Part shown: positions 1 to 16,751 of the stretch, one piece after another
Numbering within the stretch: the stretch's first letter is position 1
How the letters are laid out: every line of letters starts with the position of its first letter
Assembly (NCBI RefSeq): GCF_009914755.1
Contig: NC_060947.1
Source: the human T2T-CHM13v2.0 reference genome, Homo sapiens
DNA: 64,000 nt
Direction: 5' to 3' (one strand)
The notes under the pieces: model-generated
Told to the model about the DNA's origin: nothing
The model's input: the letters and a program-made list of their open reading frames with translations, nothing else
Database searches by the model: none
Made by a program: the position numbers and the translations under genes

Positions 1-667
1 CTCTCCAGCATCTGTAGTTTCCTGACTTTTTAATGATTGCCATTTGAACAGGCATGAGATGGTATCTCATTGGGGTTTTGATTTGCATTTCTCTGATGAC
101 CAGTAATGATGAGCTTTTTTTCATATGTTTGTTGGCCATATAAATGTCTTCTTTTGACAAATGTCTGTACATATCCTTTGTGCACTTTTTGATGGGGTCG
201 TTTTTACTTTTCCTGTAGATTTGTTTAAGTTCCTTGTAGATTCTAAATATTAGCCAAAGTCTGATGGATAGATTGCAAAAATTTTCTCCTGTTCTGTATG
301 TTTCCTGTTCACTCTGATGATAGTTTCTTTTGCTATGCAGAAACTCTTTAGTTTATTTAGATCCTATTTGTCAATTTTGGCTTGTCATAGCTTTTGGCGT
401 TTTATTCATGAAGTCTTTGCCTATGCCTATGTCCTGAATGGTATTGCCTAGGTTTTCTTTAGGGTTTTTATGGTTTTAGATCTTACATTTAAGTCTTTAA
501 TCCATCTTGAGGTAATTTTTGCATACTGTGTAAGAAAATGGTTCAGTTTTAGTTTTCTGCCTATGGCTAGCCAGTTTTCCCAACACCATTTATTAAATAT
601 GGAACCCTTTCCTCATTGCTTCTTTTTGTCAGATTTGTCAAAGATCAGATGGTTGTAGCAGTGTAGT

Positions 668-773
668 GTTATTTCTGAGGCCTCTGTTCTGTTCCATTAG
701 TTTGTATATCTGTTTTGGTTGTTATTTCTGAGGCCTCTGTTCTGTTCCATTAGTTTATATATCTGTTTTGGTT
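668..773. repeat. 53-bp tandem duplication inside L1 ORF2
   Basis: gttatttctgaggcctctgttctgttccattagttt(g/a)tatatctgttttggtt occurs at 668-720 and 721-773 with one mismatch. Confidence 0.95.
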
Positions 774-1433
774 CCAGTACCATGCTGTTTTGGTTACTGT
801 AGCCTTGTACTACAGTTTGAAGTCAGGTAGCATGATGCCTCCAGCTTTGTTCTCTTTGTTTAGGATTGCCTCAGTTATACGGGCTCTTTTTTGGTTCTGT
901 ATGAAATTTAAATTAGTTTTTTTTTCTAATTCTGTGAAGAAAGTCAATGGTAGATTGATGGGGATAGCATTGAGTCTATAAACTACTTTGGGCAGTATGG
1001 TTATTTTCACAATATCGATGGCTCATAGCCATGAGCATAGAAAGTTTGTACCTTTGTTTGTGTCCTCCGTTATTTCTTTGAGAAGTGGTTTGTAGTTCTT
1101 GAAGAGGTTCTTCACGTCCCTTGTAAGTTGTATTCCTAGGTACTTTATTCTCTTTGCAGCAATTATGAATGGGAGTTCACTCATGATTTGTCTCTCTGTT
1201 TATCTATTATTAGTGTATAGAAATTCTTGTGATTTTTGCACATTGATTTTGTATCATGAGACTTTGCTGAAGTTTATCAGCTTAAGGATATTTTGGACTG
1301 AGACAATGGGGTTTTGTCATACAATCAATATACAATCATGTCAATATAAAATATACAATCATATCATATACAAACAGAGAAAATTTTACTTCCTCAATTT
1401 TTATTTGAATACCCTTCTTTATTTATTTATTTA

Positions 1434-1529
<96 letters not shown>

Positions 1530-4500
1530 TTATTCCAGCTTTTGCCCATTTAGTATGATATTGGCTGTAGGTTCATCATAAGTAGCTTGTATTATTGTCA
1601 GATATGTTCCATCAATACCTAGTTTATTGAGAGTTTTTAGCATGAAGCGGTGTTAAATTTTATCAAATGATTTTTCTGCATCTATTGAGTTAATCATGTG
1701 GTTTTTGTCATTGGTTCTGTTTATGTGATGGATTACATGTATTGATTTGCATGTGGTGAACCAGCCTTGCATCCCAGGGTGAAGCCAACTTGGTCGTGGT
1801 GGATAAGCTTTTTGATGTACTGCTGGATTTGGTTTGCCCTATTGAGGACTTTCACAGCTATGTTCATCAGGGTTATTGGCCTGAAATTTTCCATTTTTAT
1901 TGTGTCTCTGCCAGGTTTTGGTATCAAGATGATGCCGGCTGCATAAAATGAGTTAGGGAGAATTCCCTCTTTTTTCTATTGTTTGGAATAGTTTCAGAAT
2001 GAATGGTACAAGACCCTCTTTGTACCTCTGGTAGAATTCGACTGAATCCATCTGGTCCTGGACTTCTTTTGGTTGGTAGGCTAATAATTACTCCCTCAAC
2101 TTCAGAACTTTTTATTGGTCTATTCAGGGATTCAATTTGTTACTGGTCTAGTCTTGGGAAGGTGTATGTTTCCAGGAATTTATTCATTTCTTCTAGGTTT
2201 TCTAGTTTATTTGTGTAGAGGTGTTTATAGTATTCACTGATGGCAGTTTGTATTTCTGTAGGATCAGTGGTGGTATCTCCTTTATCACTTTTTATTGTAT
2301 CTATTTGATTCTGCTCTCTTTTTTTCTTTATTAGTCTGGCTACTGGTCTATATGTATTTTGTTAATCTTTTCAAAAAAACAGTTTCTGGATTCATTGATT
2401 TTTTTAAAATATTTTTTTGTGTCTTGATCTCCTTCAGTTCTACTCTGATATTAGTTGTTTTTTGTCTTCTGCTAGCTTTTGAATTTGTTTACTCTTTCTT
2501 CGCTAGTGCTTTTAATTGTGATGTTAGGGTGTCAATTTTAGATTTTTCCCACTTTCTTCTGGGGATATTTAGTGCTATAAATTTCCCTCTAAACACTGCT
2601 TTAGTTGTGCACAGAGATTCTGGTTCATTGTGTCTTTGTTCTTATGAGTTTCAAAATAGTTATTTATTTCTGCCTTAATTTCTTTATTTGCAGTAGTCAT
2701 TCAGGAGCAGGTTGTTCAGTTTCCATGTAGTTGTGCACTTTTGAGTGAGTTTCTTAATCCTGTGTTCTAATTTCATTGCACTGTGTTCTGAGAGACTGTT
2801 TGTTATGATTTCTGTTCTTTTAGATTTGCTGAGGAGTGCTTTACTTCCAACTATGTATTCAATTTTGGAATAAGTGCGATGTGGTGCTGAGAAGAATGTA
2901 TATTCTGTTGATTTGAGGTGGAGAGTTCTGTAGATGTTTATTAGTTCTGCTTGGTCCAGAGCTGAGTTCAAGTCCTGTATATCCTTGTATAATTCTGTCT
3001 CATTGATCTGTGTAATATTGACAGTGGGGTGTTAAATTTTCCCAGTATTGTTTTGTGGGAGTATAAATCTCTTTATAGATCTCTAAGAACTTGCCTTGTG
3101 AATCTGGGTGCTCCTGTATTGGGTGCTTATATATTTAGGATATTTAGTTCTTCTTGTTGCATTGATCCCTTTACCATTATGTATTGCCCTTCTTTGGTCT
3201 TTTGATTTTTGTTGGTTTAAAATCTGTTTTATCAGAGATTAGGATTGCAACTCCTGCTCTTTTTGCTTTCCATTTGCTTGGTAAATATTCCTCCATCCCT
3301 TTATTTTGAGCCTATGTGCGTCTTTGCACGTGAGATGGGTCTCCTGAATACAGCACACTGAAGGGCCTTGACTCTTTATCCAGTTAACCAGTCTGAGTCT
3401 TTTATTTGGGGCATTTAGCCCATTTACATTTAAGGTTAATATTGTTATATGTGAATTTTATCATGTCATTAAGATGCTAGCTAGTTATTTTGCCATTAGT
3501 TGATGCAGTTTCTTCATAGTGTCAATGTTCTTTACAATTTGGTATGTTTTTGCAGTGGCTGGTACTCGTTGTTCCTTTCCATATTTAGTGCTTCCTTCAG
3601 GACCTCTTGTAATGCAGGCCTGGTGGTGACAGAATTTCTCAGGATTTGCTTGTCTGTAAAGGATCTTATTTCTCCATCGCTCATGAAGCTTTAGTTTGGC
3701 TGGATATGAAATTCCGGATTAAAATTTCTTTTCTTTAAGAATGTTGAATATTGGCTCCCTGTCTCTTCTGGTTTGTAGGGTTTCTGTCAGGAGATATGCT
3801 ATTAGTCTGATGGTCTTAGCTCTGTGGGTAACCCAACCTTTCTCTCTGTCTGCAGTTGACATTTTTTCCTTCATTTCAATTTTGGTGAATCTGAAGATTG
3901 TGTGTCTTAGGGTCGCTTTTCTTGAAGAGTATCTTTGTGGTGTTCTCTGTATTTCCTATATTTTAAAGTTGGCCTGTCTTACTATGTTGGGGAAGGTCTC
4001 TTGGATAATATCCTAAAGAGTGTTTTCTAACTTGGTTCTATTCTCCCCATCACTTTCAGGTACACAAATCAAATGTAGATTTGGTCTTTTCACATAGTTC
4101 CATCTTTCTTAGAGGCTTTGTTCATTCCTTTTTATTCTTTTTCCTCTAATCTTGTCATCTCGCTTTATTTCATTAAGTTGATCTTCAATCTGTGCTATCC
4201 TTTCTTCTGCTTGATCAATTTGGCTATGGATGCTTGTGTATGCTTCATGAAGTTCTTGTGCTGTGTTTTTCAGCTCCATCTGGTCATTTATGTTCTTCTT
4301 TAAACTGCTTATTTTAGTTAGCAATTCGTCTAACCTTTTTTCAAAGGTTTCAAAGGTTTGCGCTGGTTTCTCTCCAGCTTTATGGATTTATCTACCTTTG
4401 GTATTTGATGTTGGTGACCTTCAGATGAGTTCTCTGAGTGAACATGCTATTCCTTTCTGTTTGTTAGTTTTCCTTCTAACAGTCAGGCCTCTCTGTTGCA

Positions 4501-5682
4501 AGTATGCTGCAGTTTGCTAGAGGTACACTCCAGACACTCTTTGCCTGGGTATCAGAAGCGGAGACTGCAGAACAGGAAATATTGTTTCCTGTTGTTTCAT
4601 CTGGAAGATTTTTCCCAGAGGGGCACCTGGCATATGCCAGCTGGAGCTCTCCTGTATGAGGTGTCCGTTGTCCTGTACTGAGAGGTGTCTCTCAGTCAGA
4701 ATACATGAGGGTCAGGGACCCACCTGAGGAGGCAGTGTGACCCTAAGCAGAACTTGAGCTCTGTGCTGTGAGGTCCGCTGCTCTCTTCAGAGCTGTCAGG
4801 CAGGGACTTTTAAGTTTGCTGAAGCTGCGCCCACAGCTGCCTCTTTCCCCAGGTGCTCTGTCCCAGGGAGATGGGGGTTATATCTATAAGTCCCTGACTG
4901 GGGCTGCTGCCTTTTTTTCAGAGATGCACTGCCCAGAAAGGAGAATTCTGGCAGTCTGGCTGCATTGGCCTTGCTGAGCTGCAGTGGGCTCCATCCAGTT
5001 TGAGATTCCCACCAGTTTTGTTTACATTGTGAGGGTAAAACCGCCTACTCAAGCCTCAGCAATGGGGGATGACCCTCCCACCAACCAAGTTCAAGCATCC
5101 CAGGTCAATCTCAGATTGCTGCCGTGCTGACAGCAAGAATTTCAAGCCAGTGGATCTTAGTTTGCTGGGCTCTGTGCAGGTGGGACTCACTGAGCCAAAA
5201 CATTTTGCTCCCTGGCTTCAACCCCCTGTACAGGAGAGTGAATGGTTCTGTCTCCCTGGCATTGCAGGTGCCACTGGGGTATGAAAATAGAAAAACTCCT
5301 ACAAGTAATTCGCTGTCTGCCCAAATGGCCACCCAGTTTTTTGCTTAAAACCCAGGGCCCTGGTGAGGTAGGCACCCGAAGGAATCTCCTAGTCTGTGCA
5401 TTGTGAAGACCACGAGAAAAGAGCTGTATCTGGGCTGGAGTGCGTGGTTCCTCAGGCTCAGTCCCTCACAGTTTCCCTTGGGCGGGGAAGAAAATTCCCG
5501 GACTCGTTGTGCTTCCTGGGTAAGGTGACACCCCACCCTGCTTTGGGTCACCCTCTGTGGGCTGCACCCGTTGTCCAACCAGTCCCAGTGAAATGAACAG
5601 GGTACCTTAGTTGGAAATGCAGAAATCACTCACCTTCTTTGTTGATCTCACTGGCAGCTGCAGACTGGACCTGTTCCTATTT

Positions 5683-5692
5683 GGCCATCTTG
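5683..5692 (-). promoter_or_regulatory. YY1 site of the L1 internal promoter
   Basis: ggccatcttg = CAAGATGGCC on the minus strand at the L1 5' end. Confidence 0.7.
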
Positions 5693-6304
5693 CCAGCAAT
5701 CCTGAGTGATCTTTCTAATGTATTGTTGAATTTTGTTTGCTAGTATGCTGTTGAGGATTTTTGCATAAATATTTATCGGTAATATTGGCTTGTACTTTTT
5801 AACTTTTTGATGTGTCTTTGTCTGGTGTTGGTATCAGGACTATTGGCTTCATAGAATGATTTTCAAAGTATTTTCTTTTCCTGTATTTTTTAGAATAATT
5901 TCAGAAAAACTGATATTAGTTCATCATTGAATGTTTGGTAAAATTCCACAGTGAAGCCATCAGGTCTCAGGCTTTCCTTTAATAAGAGAATTTTATTATG
6001 GCTTCTATCTCATTACTTGTTATTGATTTGTTCAGGTTTTAAATTTCTTTGTGGTTCAATATTGGTAGGTGGTACGTGACTAGGAATTTGTCCATATTTC
6101 TAGGCTTTCTCATTTATTGGCATATAGCTGCTCATAGTAGCCACTTATAGTCCTTTAAATTTCTGCAGTGTCAGTTGTAATGACTTTTTTATTTATGATT
6201 TTATTTATTTGTATCTCCTCTCTTTTTTCTTAGTCTAGCTAAAAGTTTGTCAATTTTGTTTCACTGTTTAAATCAAAATTTTGTGCAATTAAATGAAACA
6301 ATAT

Positions 6305-6917
6305 ATATATTATTATTTTTTATTATTATACTTTAAGTTGTGGGGTACATGTACATAACGTTCAGGATTGTTACATAGGTATACATGTACCATAGAGATT
6401 TGCTGCACCCATTAACCTGTCATCTACATTAGGTATTTCCCCTAATGCTGTACCTCCCCTAGCCCCCCACCCTCCAACAGGCCCCAACGTGTGATGTTCC
6501 CCTCCCTGTGTTCATGTGTTCTCATTGTTCAACTCTCACTTATGAGTGAGAACGTGTGGTGTTTGGTTTTCTGTTCTTGTTTTAGTTTTCTGAGAATGAT
6601 GGTTTCCAGCTTCATCCAAGTCCCTGCAAAGGACATGAACTCATCCGTTTTTATGCCTGCATAGTATTCCATGGTGTATATGTGCCACATTTTCTTTATC
6701 CAGTCTATCATTGATGGGCATTTGTGTTGGTTTCAAGAATTTTCTATTGTGAACAGTGTGTCAATAAACATATGTATGCATGTGTTCTTTATAATAGAAT
6801 GATTTATATTCCTTTGGGTATATACCTAGTAATGGGATTGCTGGGTCAAATGATATTTTTAGTTCTAGATCATTGAGGAATCACCACACTGTCTTCCACA
6901 ATCTTTAAACTAATTTA
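6305..6917 (-). mobile_element. 5'-truncated L1PA7-like 3' end inserted in the old L1
   Basis: PolyT plus ttatactttaagtt 3' terminus; ORF2 C-terminus [18 protein letters not shown]; imperfect TSD tttgtttca at 6255-6263 and 6919-6927. Confidence 0.88.
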
Positions 6918-8309
6918 ATTTGTTTCAATTTTGAAAAACCAACTTTTTGTTTTATTGATACATTGTATTGGTGTTTTATCTGAATTTTATTTATTCTGCT
7001 GTGATTTTATTTGTTTCTCTTTTTCTATTCTGGAGTTGGTTTGCTTTTTCATTTATAGTTCGTTGAGATGCATCATTATGTTATTTATTTAAAGTTTTTT
7101 AAAAAATTTCGGCACTTACTGCTATAAGCTTTCTTCTTAGTACTGCTTTTGCTGTATTCCATAAGTTTTAGTATTTTGTGTTTTTATTATTATTTGTTTC
7201 AAAATTTTTTTCAATTTTTTTCTTAATTTCTTCACTGACATAGTGGTCATTTAGGAGTATATTGTTTAATTTTTATGTATTTCTATAGTTTCTAAAATTA
7301 TTGTCGTTGATTTCTAGTTTTATGCCACTGTGGTCATCAAAGAAGCTTGATATTATGTAAAATTTTTGAACTTGTTTTGTGACCTAACATATGGCCTATC
7401 GTTGAGAATATTTCATGTGCTGAGTAAAAGAATGTGTATTCTGCAGCCATTCAATAAAATGGCCTGGAAATATCTATTAAATCTATTTATTCTATAATGT
7501 ACATTAAGTCTGACATTTCTATGATGATTTTCTATCTGAAAGATCTGCTCAGTGTTGATAGTGTGATGTTGAAGTCTTCAGATATTATTGTATTGGGACC
7601 TATCTCTCTCTTTAGCTCAAATAATATTTCCTCCACATATCTGGGTGCTCCAGTGTTGGGTGCACGTATATTTAAATGTGTTATATCATCTTGCTGAGTA
7701 GACCCCTTTATCATTATATTGTAGTGTTCTTCATTCTCTCTTTTTTCAGTTTTTGTCTTTAAATCTCTTTTGTCTGATGTAAGTATATTGACTTCCATTC
7801 TATTTTAGTTTCCATTGTCGTGGAATATTTTTTTCTATGCGTTTATTTCAATCTACGTGAGTTTATATAGGTTAAGTTTGTTTCTTGTAGCAACAGATCT
7901 ATGAGTCGTTTCTGCATCCATTCAGCCAGTCTATGTCTTTTGATTAGAGAGTTTAGTCTATTGACAATCAATGTTATTATTGATAAGTAATGACTTACTC
8001 CTGCCATTTTATTGTTTTATTTCTGGTTGTTTTGTGGCCTTCTCTTCCTTCTTTCTTTCCTTCCTGTCCTTTTTTAGTAAAGATGATTTTCTCTGGTATA
8101 TGATTTACTTTCTTGCCTTTTATTTTTTCTGTATTTATTGTATTTTATTTGGTTTAGGTTTACCATGAGGCTTGCAAGCACTATCATATAAGCCATTATT
8201 TTAAACTGAAAACAACTTAACATTGCATAAATGAAAAAGCAAGCCAAAAGAAAATGAATAAAAACTCTGTGCCTTAGCTTCACCCCCCACTATTTAGCTT
8301 TTTATTTCT

Positions 8310-8410
8310 ATTTCTATTGTATTGTGATGTATATTATATTATTATATTGTAAAATATATTTTATTATATTGCATATACATTATATTTATAATATATTGTA
8401 TATGTGCTAA
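8310..8410. repeat. AT-rich low-complexity tract
   Basis: Degenerate tattatatt/tattg iterations. Confidence 0.7.
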
Positions 8411-9445
8411 TTTTTTGAAAAGTTTTTGTAGTTATTATTTTTGATTGGTTAATCATTTACTCTTTCTACTTAGAATAAAGTTAGTTTACAAACCACAGTT
8501 ACAGTATTATAGTATTCTGTGTGCTCTGTGTACTTACTATTACCAGTGAGTTTTGTTTCACCAGGTGATTATGTATTGCTCATTTATTTATTTTTTCCTG
8601 ATTGAAGTACTCCCTTTAGCATTTCTTGCAGGATAGAAGTGGTGTGGATGAAATCCCTCAGCTTTTGTTTGTCTGGAAGATGCATATTTTTTTCCTTTAG
8701 TTTTGAAAGATGTTTTCACCAGATATAATATTCTAGAGTAAAAAGACTTTTTCTTTAGCATTTCCAATTTTTCATGCCACTCTCTTCTGGACTGCAAAGT
8801 TTTCACTGAAAAGTCTGCTGCCAGATGTATTGAAGCTCCCTTATGTTATTTGTTTCTTTTCTCTTTCTACTTGTAGGATCCTTTCTTTATCCTTGACCTT
8901 TGGCAGTTTGATTATTAAATGCCTTGAGGTAGTCTTTGGGTTAAATCCCCTGCTTGTTCTATAAACCTCTTGTCAATGAATGTTGATATCTCTCTCTAAG
9001 TTTGGGAAGTTATCTGTTATTGTCTTTTAGAATACACTTTTTACCCCTACCTTTTTCTCTACCTCCTTTTTAAGGCCAATAAGTCTTAGATTTGCCTTTT
9101 TGAGTCTATTTTATATATCCTGAACGTGTGCTTTATTTTTTTATTCTCCATTGACTTTGTATTATTTCAATCTTCTTGTTGAATTTATCTGATAAAATTC
9201 TGAATTTGTTCTGTTTTTTTCCAATTTTTTTTGAGTTTTCTCAACACAACTATTTTGAATTATCTGTCTATAATGTAACAAATCTCTGTTTCTCGAGGAT
9301 TGGTCCCTGGTGCCTTATTTAGTTTATTGGTAAGGTCATGTTTTCCTGAATAGTGTTGATGCTAGAAAATGTACTTCAGCATCTGGGCATTGAAGGGTGA
9401 GGTATTTATTGTCATCTTTACTCTCTGGCCTTATTTGTACCCATC

Positions 9446-9798
9446 TGTATTAGTCCGTTTTCATGCTGCTAATAAAGATATACTCAAGACTGGGTAGAAA
9501 AAGAGGTTTCATTGGACTTCCAGTTCCACATGACCGGGGGGGCCTCAGAATCATGGCAGGAGGTGCAAGGGATTTCTTACATGGTGGGAGCAAGAGAAAA
9601 TGAGGGAGATGCAAAAGTGGAAACCCCTGATAAAACCATCGGATCTCATGAGACTTATTCACTACTATAAGAACAATATGGTGGAAACCACCCACATAAC
9701 AAATTATCTCACACCAGGTCCCTCCAACAACACATGGGAATTATAGGAGTACAATTCAAGATGAGATTTGGGTGGCGACAAGGAGCCAAACCATATCA
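9446..9798 (-). mobile_element. ERVL-MaLR LTR, THE1C-like (3' LTR)
   Basis: Termini tgtattagtccgttttc...ccaaaccatatca are the reverse complement of TGATATGGTTTGG...GACTAATACA; 353 bp. Confidence 0.92.
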
Positions 9799-10877
9799 TT
9801 CATCCCATCCAAATCTCATATCCTCACATTTCAAAACCAATCATGCCTTTGCAACAGTCCCACAAATTCTTATTCAGCATTAACCCAAAAGTCCACAGGG
9901 CAAACTTTCATCTGACACAAAGCAAGTCCCTCTCACTTATGAGCCTATAAAATCAAAAGCAAGCTAGTTACTTCCTAGATACAAGGGGGTACAGATATTG
10001 GGTAAATACAGCCATTCCAAATGGGATAAATTGGCCAAAACAAAGGCGTTACAAGGACCATGCAAGTTTGAAATTCAGAAAGGCAGTCAAATTTTAAAGC
10101 CCCAAAATGATCTTTTTTGACTCCAGGTCTCATATTCAGGTCACACTAATGCAAGAGTTGGGTTCCCATCATCTTAGGCAGCTGCACCTCTGTGGCTTTG
10201 CAGGGTACAACCTCCTTCCAAGCTGCTTTCATGGGCTGGCATTGAGTATCTGTGACTTTTCCAGGCAAACAGTGCAAGCTGTCAGTGGATCTACCATTCT
10301 GGGTTCTGGAAAATGGTGGCCCTCTTTTCACAGCTCCACTAGGTGTTGCCTCTGTAGGGACTCTGTGTAGGGGCTCCAACCCCACATTTTCTTTCTGCAT
10401 TGCCCTAACAGAGGTTCTTCATGAGTGCCCTGCCCCTGCAGCAAACTTCTCCCTGGACATCCAAGCATTTCCATTCATCTTCTAAAATCTAGGTGGAGGC
10501 TACCTAACCCCAATTCTTGAATTCTGTGCACTTGCAGGCTCAACACGTCGTGGAAGCTGCCTAGGTTTGGGGCTTTCACCCTCTGAAGGCATGGCTCAAG
10601 CTCTATGTTGGCCCCTATCAGCCACAGCTGGAGTGGCTGGGACTCAGGGCACCGAGTCCCTAGGATACATACAGCATGGGGACCCTGGGTCTGACTCACA
10701 AAACCATTTCCTCCTAGGTCCCTGGGTCTGTTATTAGAGGGGCTGCTGTGAAGACCTCTGAAATGCCCTGGAGACATTTTCCCTATTGTCTTGGGAATTA
10801 ATATTCAGTTTCTCATTACTTATGGAAATTTCTGCAGCTGGTTTGAATTTCTTCTCAGAAAATGGATTTTTCTTTTC
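9799..10877 (-). mobile_element. THE1 internal region, 3' part only
   Basis: MaLR ORF peptide ENVGLEPLHRVPTEATPSGAVKRGPP...LPKMMGTQLLH (10146-10400), homologous to the 57358-58335 ORF. Confidence 0.9.
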
Positions 10878-11114
10878 TTTATTTTATTTTATTTTATTTT
10901 ATTATTATTATTATACTTTAAGCTTTAGGGTACAGGTGCACAATGTGCAGATTAGTTATATATGTATACATGTGTCATGCTGGTGTGCTGCACCCATTAA
11001 CTCGTCATTTAGCATTATGTATATCTCCTAAAGCTATCTCTCCAGCTTCCCCTCACCCCACAACAGTCCCCAGAGTGTGATGTTCCCCTTCCTGTGTCCA
11101 TGTGTTCTCATTGT

Positions 11115-14958
<3,844 letters not shown>

Positions 14959-15006
14959 TTATTTTGCTCGTTAGTTGATGTAGTTTCTTCCTAGCCTCAA
15001 TGGTCT

Positions 15007-16023
15007 TTACAATTTGTCATGATTTTGCAGTGGCTGGTACCAGTTGTTCTTTTCCATGTTTAGTGCTTCCTTCAGGAGCTCTTTTAGGGCAGGCCTGGTG
15101 GTGACAAAATCTCTCAGCATTTGCTTGTCTGTAAAGTATTTTATTTCTCCTTCACTTATGAAGCTTAGTTTGGCTGGATATGAAATTTGGGGTTGAAAAT
15201 TCTTTTCTTTAAGAATGTTGAATATTGGCCCCCACTCTCTTCTGGCTTGTAGAGTTTCTGCTGAGAGATCTGCTGTTAGTCTGATGGTCTTCCTTTTGTG
15301 GGTAACCTGACCTTTCTCTCTGGCTGCCCTTAACATTTTTTCCTTCATTTCAACTTTGGTGAATCTGACAATTATGTTTCTTGGAGTTGCTCTTCTCGAG
15401 GAGTATCTTTGTGGCGTTCTCTGTATTTCCTGAATCTGAATGTTGGCCTGCATTGCTAGATTGGGGAAGTTCTCCTGGATAATATCCTGCAGAGTGTTTT
15501 CTAACTTGGTTCCATTCTCCCCATTACTTTCAGGTACACCAATCAGACACAGATTTGTTCTTTTCACATAGTCCCATATTTCTTGGAGGCTTTGCTCGTT
15601 TCTTTTTATTCTTTTTTTCTCTAAAGTTCCCTTCTCACTTCATTTCATTCATTTCATCTTCCATCACTGATACCCTTTCTTCCAGTTGATGGCATCGGCT
15701 CCTGAGGCTTCTGCATTCTTCACGTAGTTCTCGAGCCTTGGCTTTCAGCTCCGTCAGTTCCTTTAAGCACTTCTCTCTATTGGTTATTCTAGTTATACAT
15801 TCGTCTAAATTTGTTTCAAAGTTTTCAACTTCTTTGCCTTCGTTTGAATTTCCTCCTGTAGCTCAGAGTAGTTTGATCGTGTGAAGCCTTCTTCTCTCAA
15901 CTCGTCAAAGTCATTCTCCATCAACCTTTGTTCCATTGCTGGTGATTAGCTGCGTTCCTTTGGAGGAGGAGAGGTGCTCTGCTTTTTAGAGTTTCCAGTT
16001 TTTCTGCTCTGTTTTTTCCCCAT
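15007..16023 (-). pseudogene. L1 ORF1p, inactivated
   Basis: ATGGGGAAAAAACAG at 16023; TAA at codon 26; compensating -1/+1 indels near 15840 and 15612; RRM/CTD part open (15567-15007, ARREWGPIF, YPAKLS). Confidence 0.92.
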
Positions 16024-16150
16024 CTTTCTGGTTTTATCTACTTTTGGTCTTTGATGATGTTGATGTACAGATGGGTTTTTGTTGTGGATGTCCTTTGTGT
16101 TTGTTAGTTTTCCTTCTAATAGACAGGACCCTCAGCTGCAGGTCTGTTGG

Positions 16151-16279
16151 AGTTTGCTAGTGGTCGACTCCAGACCCTGTTTGCCTGGGTACCGGCAGCG
16201 GTGGCTGCAGAACAGCAGATTTTCATGAACCGCGAATGCTGCTGTCTGATGGTTCCTCTGGAAGTTTTGTCTCAGACGA
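16151..16279 (-). promoter_or_regulatory. About 129-bp 5'UTR segment containing the ZNF93-binding region
   Basis: agtttgctag...gtctcagacga lies between ggtctgttgg and gtaccc; L1PA2/L1HS join these two directly. Confidence 0.7.
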
Positions 16280-16606
16280 GTACCCAGCTGTGTGAGGTGT
16301 CAGTCTTCCCCTACTTGGGGGTGCCTCCCAGTTAGGGTGCTCAGGGGTCAGGGGTCAGAGACCCACATGAGGAGGCAGTCTGCTCGTTCTGAGATCTCCA
16401 GCTGCGTGCTGGGAGAACCACTGCTCTCTTCAAAGCTGTCAGACAGGGACATTTAATTCTGCAGAGGTTACTGCTTTCTTTTTGTTTGTCTGTGCCCTGC
16501 CCCCAGAGGTGAAGCCTACAGAGGCAGGCAGGCCTCCTTGAGCTGTGGTGGGCTCCACCCAGTTCAAGCTTCCTGGCTGCTTTGTTTACCTAAGCAAGCC
16601 TGGGCA

Positions 16607-16751
16607 ATGGTGGGCGCCCCTCCCCCAGCCTTGCTGCCACCTTGCAGTTTGATCTTAGACTGCTGTGCTAGCAACCAGTGAGACTCCGTGCGTGTAGGAC
16701 CCTCCAAGCCATGTGCGGGATATAATCTCCTGGTGCGCCATTTTTTAAGCC
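16607..16751 (+). pseudogene. L1 antisense ORF0 remnant
   Basis: ATG at 16607 gives MVGAPPPALLPPCSLILDCCASNQ, then TGA at 16679-16681 (CGA>TGA); the rest is cut by the junction at 16751. Confidence 0.8.

Larger units (their letters stand above)
5703..9445 (-). mobile_element. Old LINE-1 (L1MA1-3/L1M1-like): 5' half of ORF2, inter-ORF spacer and ORF1; host to younger insertions
   Basis: EN remnant (IKGSTQQDDITHLNIRAPNTGAPRY...EDFNITLS, 7532-7798) and ORF1 remnant (TLQSRREWHE, 8588-8806). The spacer is homologous to 22050-22450 in inverted orientation. Confidence 0.85.

Noticed and set aside
16607-16681. Functional ORF0
   Set aside because: It stops after 24 codons and the 3' part is removed by the deletion junction.
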